Below, piece by piece: positions 59,329 through 64,000 of a stretch of 64,000 nt of DNA. A program made the translations under genes and the position numbers. The notes beneath the pieces are model-generated. The model ran no database searches. It was given only the letters and a program-made list of their open reading frames with translations, and had not been told where the DNA came from. The DNA is from Scenedesmus sp. PABB004 (lineage: Eukaryota): NCBI GenBank assembly GCA_014905635.1, contig JABVCE010000016.1, forward strand, positions 124,001 to 188,000. The letters run 5' to 3'. How positions within the stretch are numbered: the first letter of the stretch is position 1; each line of letters begins with the position of its first letter.

Positions 59329-59701
59329 GGCCGCCGCCCACGAGCAGCAGCAACAGCAGCGGCGGCGGCGGCGGCGCAGGGGCGCTGGCGGCGCGTGCGC
59401 CGCCGGCTGCCGCTGCAACCAAGGCGGCGGGGCCGGCGGCGCCTAGCCGCACCCGCGAGGCGCTCGCGCCGCGCGGGAGCAGGCGCCGCCGCGGCCGCAG
59501 CCGAGCACGCTGCACGAGGTGCGCGTGCAGAACGGTGACAGCGCAATGGTGCGGGAGGCGATCCAGCGCTCGCAGCGCCTGCAGCAGCGGGGGCAGGCGT
59601 CGCCGGCCGCTGGCCGCCGCGACCCAGCCGCCTCGGGCGCTGCTGCCGGCGATGCTGGCGACGCTGGCGACGCCGCGACCCAGCCGCAGACGTGGTGGTG
59701 A
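59160..59701 (+). other. Coding-like Ser/Gly/Pro-rich segment, possibly a small gene or gene remnant
   Basis: GGSSASSSSSG..PPPP..; STLHEVRVQNGDSAMVREAIQRSQRLQQ..WW*; tandem TGTAA at 59908-59917; no clear start. Confidence 0.3.
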
Positions 59702-60300
59702 CCGAGATCCCGGAGAAGCAGCCCGCCGCCGCGGCCGCGGCCGGCGGCGCCGACGACTACGGCTACTGAGCGCGCGGCGCGGCGCGGCCCGGGGGCTGGC
59801 GGCGTGCTGCGGCCCCCGGGCGCCCGCGGCGGCGCGGCCGGCGGCCGGCGGCTGGCGACGCCGGCGGCGGCGCGCGGCAGCAGCTGCTGTCGCGCGTGGC
59901 TCCAATGTGTAATGTAACACGCGCCCACAGAGCCCGGCCACAGCTCATTCGCCGGCGGCCGGCCCCTCAATGATCACTGCAGGGCTCACGCTCCAGGTCG
60001 CGCCCGCCTCAGGCTCGCGGCGCCGCCGCTGCCACGCCGCGCGCTGCGACGCTGCCGCGCGCCGCCGCACCGCATGCGGTGCGGTGCGGCTGCGCAGCCG
60101 CGCCGCGGCGCCCGCCCCCGCCCCCTCCCGGGCAGCCCCGTCCCCACCACCACCATCAGCACCGCTCGCTCACTCCGAAGCGTCCCGCACCGATCACGAA
60201 TCGCTTGTGTACACGGAGCGGGCGCGCTTCGCGCCAGGCGGCGGCCGCGCGGTGCCCGCCAACGCAGCGCGCGGCCGCCGCCCCCTCCACGCGCCGGCCC

Positions 60301-60972
60301 TCACTTCTGCGGCTTCGTCTGGATGACCACGCGCCCGCTGCTGCTGCCGTCGCCGACGATCGTCTGGCACGCCAACCGCCAGCTCTCCGGCTTCTGCGCG
60401 GCGCGCGTGCGCGGGGGGCGGCGCGCGCGGGCGTGAGCAAGCGGCGGCGCGGCGGCGCCCCCTCGCTTCGTCGCTGCCCGCTCCGCCGCCGCGGCGCTGC
60501 CATGCCCCCGCCGCGCCTTGCTGAGCTTCTTGGCCTCCGTCGCGGTGCGCTCCGACAGCAGCTCCGCCCCCTCGGCCACCTGCACGATGCACGTCCCGCA
60601 CTGCCCGCCGCCGCCGCACTGCCAGATCTTGCCCCAGGTGGTGTAGAGGTCGACCTTGCCGTCCAGCATCGCCGCGCGCAGCTGCTCGCCGCTGGGCACG
60701 TCGAGCGTGAGCGCCGGCGCGTCGTCGCTCAGGAACGTCACCTGCGGGGCGGCCGCACCTGAGCGCATGATTCGCAGGCCACGGTCGCTGAGCATGCCTG
60801 GCCCCCGTGCGGCGCCCCGCCGCGCCTGCACGACCGGCTCTTCCGCGCCCGCCGCTGCTGCTGCTGCTGCTGCCGCGCGCCGCCGCGCCGGCCGGCTGCC
60901 CAGCGGTCCCCGTTGCAGCGGAGTGCGTTGGGCGCAACGCCCCGGGCGCGCGCGGCTGGCTGGGCAGTGCAT
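60301..60972 (-). CDS. Plastid 2Fe-2S ferredoxin-like protein (PnsB3/NDF4-like)
   Basis: Transit-peptide-like exon; LRAAMLDGKVDLY..WGKIWQCGGGGQCGTCIV..LLSERT..KKL|KPESWRLACQTIVG. Confidence 0.9.
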   Translation of the reverse strand: MHCPASRARPGRCAQRTPLQRGPLGSRPARRRAAAAAAAAAGAEEPVVQARRGAARGPGMLSDRGLRIMRSGAAAPQVTFLSDDAPALTLDVPSGEQLRAAMLDGKVDLYTTWGKIWQCGGGGQCGTCIVQVAEGAELLSERTATEAKKLSKARRGHGSAAAAERAATKRGGAAAPPLAHARARRPPRTRAAQKPESWRLACQTIVGDGSSSGRVVIQTKPQK

Positions 60973-61214
60973 TGCGGCGGGCGCAGCAGCGTGGCGGCGC
61001 GCGGGCCTCAGGCCCAGTGTTTGTCCCAGCGAGCGAGCGAGCGCGCCCAGTCGCGGTCGCGGTCGAGTGAGCAGGGCTGCCAGCGCGGAGGCTGAAGCTG
61101 TAGGGGCCCCGCTGGCGGTTCTGTGGCGGCGCAGCGCGCCACTGCTTGCGGCGCGCGCCGTAGGCGCCGCAGTCCCCCCCGCCGCCTGGCGCCGCCGCCG
61201 CCGCCGCAGCCCCG

Positions 61215-61692
61215 ATGGCGGAGGTGGTCTTCGTCCCGCTGCTGCGCGTCGGCGGTGCGACGTATCGCCGCCGCACGATGCCGATCGACGGCGTGCGCGG
61301 CACGCGCCACCACCAACAACACCACCAGCAGCACAGCGCGGACGCCGGCGGCGGCGCCGACGACGACGCCGAGGGCGAGGCGGCATGGGAGGCGCAGCAG
61401 CAGCAGCAGCAGCGGCAGCAGCAGGCCGACGCCGGCGACGGCAGCGGCGTCCCGCTCGAGCGGGACGGCGACGAGTGGGTCACGCGCGTGCTGGTGGACC
61501 CGGAGCTGCTGCCGCTGATCATCGGCAAGGAGCGGCACAGGGCGCGGGAGATCGAGGCGTCGACCGGCGCGGCGCTGTCCTTCCCGCGGCCGCCCGCAGG
61601 CGCGCCGCCGGCGGCGCGGCGGCGGCAGCGTCATCAATTGGCTTGCAAGGCGGCGCGCCCCGCCCCGCCCTGCCCGCGCGCGTCGCGCCCAT

Positions 61693-61724
<32 letters not shown>

Positions 61725-62954
61725 GGCGCCGCAGGCGCGCGCGGAGGGCAGGGCCCGCCACGCCAGCGGCCGCAGCAGCCGGCGGCGGCGGCGGCGGCGG
61801 CGCAGGTCGTGGGCGCGGCGCGCAGCGAGGCGATCACCATCCGGGCGCCGAGCCGCGCCGCCGCCGCGTCGGCGCGCGCGCGCGTGGAGCAGGCGATCAC
61901 CGCCGCCATCAGCAGCCGCTTCGTGGACTTCACTCACTTTGTCTCGCTGCCGCTCGCCAACGGCGCGGCCACCGACGAGCGACTGACCGAGTTCCGGGAC
62001 CAGGCGAGGGCGGCGGCGGCGCCGCGCTCGGCGCCGCCGCCGCGGCGTCCGCAGCCGCCGCGTCCGCAGCCGCCGCCGCCGCCCTGCCACGCCGTTGCCG
62101 CGCCCCCGCCGCGCCGCGCGCCGCCAGGTCCTCGCCGCGCCCGGCGCTGCAGAGGCGGGGCTGGAGGCGTCGGTCTTTGCCGACGCGGCGAAGCTGCACC
62201 TCACCCTCGTCATGCTCAAGCTCTGCAGCGACGCGGCGCGCCACGCCGCCGCCGAGGCGCTGCGCGGCCTCGCGCCGGCGGCGCGCGAGCTGCTGGGCGG
62301 CGAGCCGCTGCGGGTGCGGCTCGCTGGGCTGGAGGTCATGCGAGGCGACCCCAGCGACGCGCACGTGCTGTACCTGAAGGTGCGCTGGTGCCGGCGCTGG
62401 TGCCAGCCAGTGCTCTGCAGCTCTGCCCGCCGGCCGCCCGCGCCGCGCGCCGGCCGGCGGCGGCGCGGCCCAGCGCCCCGCGCCGTCGCGCGCGCAGGTC
62501 GCCCCGGAGCCTGCCGGCGACGGCCGGCTCGCGCGGCTGTGCGAGCTGGTGGTGGCCGCGTTCAAGGCGGCCGGGCTGCTGCAGCCGGTGCGCGCGCGCG
62601 CGGCGTGCGCGCGCCGCCGCGGCACGCGCGGCAGCCCGTGCCCACCCGCGCGGCGCCCCCTCGCCGCCGCCGCTGCCTCCTCCTCCCCTTCCGCCGCCGC
62701 GGCCGCAGGGCCAGGCTGAGCACGTGAAGCTACACGCCACCGTCATCAACACGCGCCACCGCCACGTGCCGGGCGGTGGCCGCGAGCGGCGCGAGCGCGT
62801 GGGCGTCGACGCGCGGGCGCTGCTCAGCGAGTGGGGGGGCCTCGACCTCGGCGAGCTCACCCTCGCGTCGCTGGAGCTCAGCACGCGCGGCGCGTCCGAC
62901 GCGCGCGGCTACTACGCCGCCGCGGCGACGCTGCCGCTCCTCGACGGCGTGTGA
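61215..62954 (+). CDS. ASCC1: ASCC1-like protein (KH domain plus AKAP7-type 2H phosphoesterase)
   Basis: LIIGK..IEASTGAALSFP, FTHFVSLPL, KLHLTLVMLKL and KLHATVINTR (two HxT motifs), MRGDP..HVLY, GYY. Confidence 0.88.
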
Positions 62955-63267
62955 ACCCCACGGCCAGGCCCTGCTCGGCGGTTTGAGCGACCCGGCGACC
63001 GCTCCGGCGAGGGAGCGCCCTCCCACGCGTGCAATCCTTCGCGCCGCCGTCTCCGCTGCTCTCCGGGAGCGCAGGCGGCTCTGCGCGCTCGCGGCCGCCG
63101 TCGGCAGCAGCAGCGGCCGCCGCTCCCGCCCGCGCGCGCGTGCCGGCGCCTGCTGGGCAGCCCGGCGGCGCGTCTTGCTGGCAGGGCGCGCCCTCACCGA
63201 CGGCCGGTGCAGCCGGGGCTGACCGTCCCGCCAGCTGGGCGCGCGGAGCGGCCACACTGCTGACCCG

Positions 63268-64000
63268 ATGGCGGCCAAGAGCTTCACCGTGGGCGGCGTC
63301 GGGGCGGCGCCGGGCGTGGACGACGTCGCCCGCATCGCGCTGGGTGGGCAGCCGGTCGCGCTGGACGCGGCGGGCGCGGAGCGCATCAAGCGCGAGTCGC
63401 CGCCCCCCAAGGCGTTCGAGCCGGAGCCGGAGAGCCCCGCGCCGGCCGGCGGAGGCCCGGCGCTGAGCGCGCAGCAGGCCAGGGCGGTGCTGGCGACGCG
63501 GCTGATGAGCCTGATGGCCGGCAAGAGCGGCGTGCGGCTCGCCGTCGCTGACTTCCTCGCCGCCCTGCTCAACGCCGGCCTCCCGCCCGCGCTGCCCGCC
63601 GCCGACGACGCCTCCGCGCTGGGGGCGCTGGCGGACGCCTGCAAGGGCCTCGGCGGCCTTGCGGCCGACCCGGCGCGGCCGCTGGCCGCCGCGGCGGCGG
63701 CGGCCGGGCTGTCGCCGCCGGGGCTGAGCGCGGCCGAGCGCGCCGCGATCTCCGCGGGCGCGTCCGCCTCGGCGGGCGTCGCGTCGCTGGTCATCGTCGG
63801 CACGCGGCAGCTGCTCGGGGCGGTCACCGCGGTCGCGGCGCTCGCGTGCGAGGCGGCCGGCGCGCAGGTGCGCGCGCGCCCGCCGCCGCCGCGCCACGCA
63901 CCACGCGCCGCGCGCCCCGCCCTGACGCCACCGCCCGTCCCTCGGCGCGGCGCAGACCAAGGCCTTTGACGCGGAGCTGGTCGAGGCGCGCGGCTACAAG
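63268..64000 (+). CDS. 5' part of a protein with a HAL/PAL-like N-terminal domain, probably plant-type cytosolic histidyl-tRNA synthetase (truncated by the window)
   Basis: TVGG..GVDDVARIA..VALD, ARAVLATRLMSLMAGKSGVRLAVADFLAALLN; lacks the MIO-forming ASG; the synthetase core is not in the window. Confidence 0.65.

Noticed and set aside
14933..63955. Introner-type repeated introns
   Set aside because: Introns share only low-complexity CGCG composition; no near-identical copies were recognised by eye
1..64000. Hundreds of long overlapping ORFs in the six-frame track
   Set aside because: Stop codons are rare at this GC content; the Arg/Ala/Pro-rich translations are off-frame, antisense or intron read-through

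Overview
Eukaryotic nuclear DNA, extremely GC-rich (about 80% by eye) and gene-dense, with many short GC-rich spliceosomal introns and TGTAA polyadenylation signals. This fits a chlorophycean green alga (Sphaeropleales-like; inference). Most long ORFs in the supplied track are GC-driven artefacts, so genes were reassembled by hand from exons and coordinates span whole genes including introns. About 20 genes are supportable: two related divergent AP2-domain proteins, a PLATZ transcription factor, a secreted CAP protein, a secreted 2OG-Fe(II)-oxygenase-like Cys-rich protein, an amino-acid transporter, an F-box/LRR protein, a SAC9-like phosphoinositide phosphatase, GDPD, NUF2, syntaxin-6/SYP6, a tandem CCCH zinc finger protein, a DEAD-box helicase, Maf, eEFSec, APC4, long-chain acyl-CoA synthetase, a PnsB3/NDF4-like ferredoxin, ASCC1, and the 5' part of a probable HisRS with a HAL-like domain. 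The most unusual features are: (i) an orphan locus at 3.3-5.5 kb with a perfect 93-copy hexamer, nested fold-back hairpins and a 74-bp loopless palindrome; (ii) very frequent GC-AG introns; (iii) the secreted oxygenase-like/CAP head-to-head pair; (iv) three apparent 1-bp frameshifts, probably assembly errors; (v) telomere-like motifs inside introns. No prokaryotic system, CRISPR array, structural RNA gene or recognisable transposase was seen.
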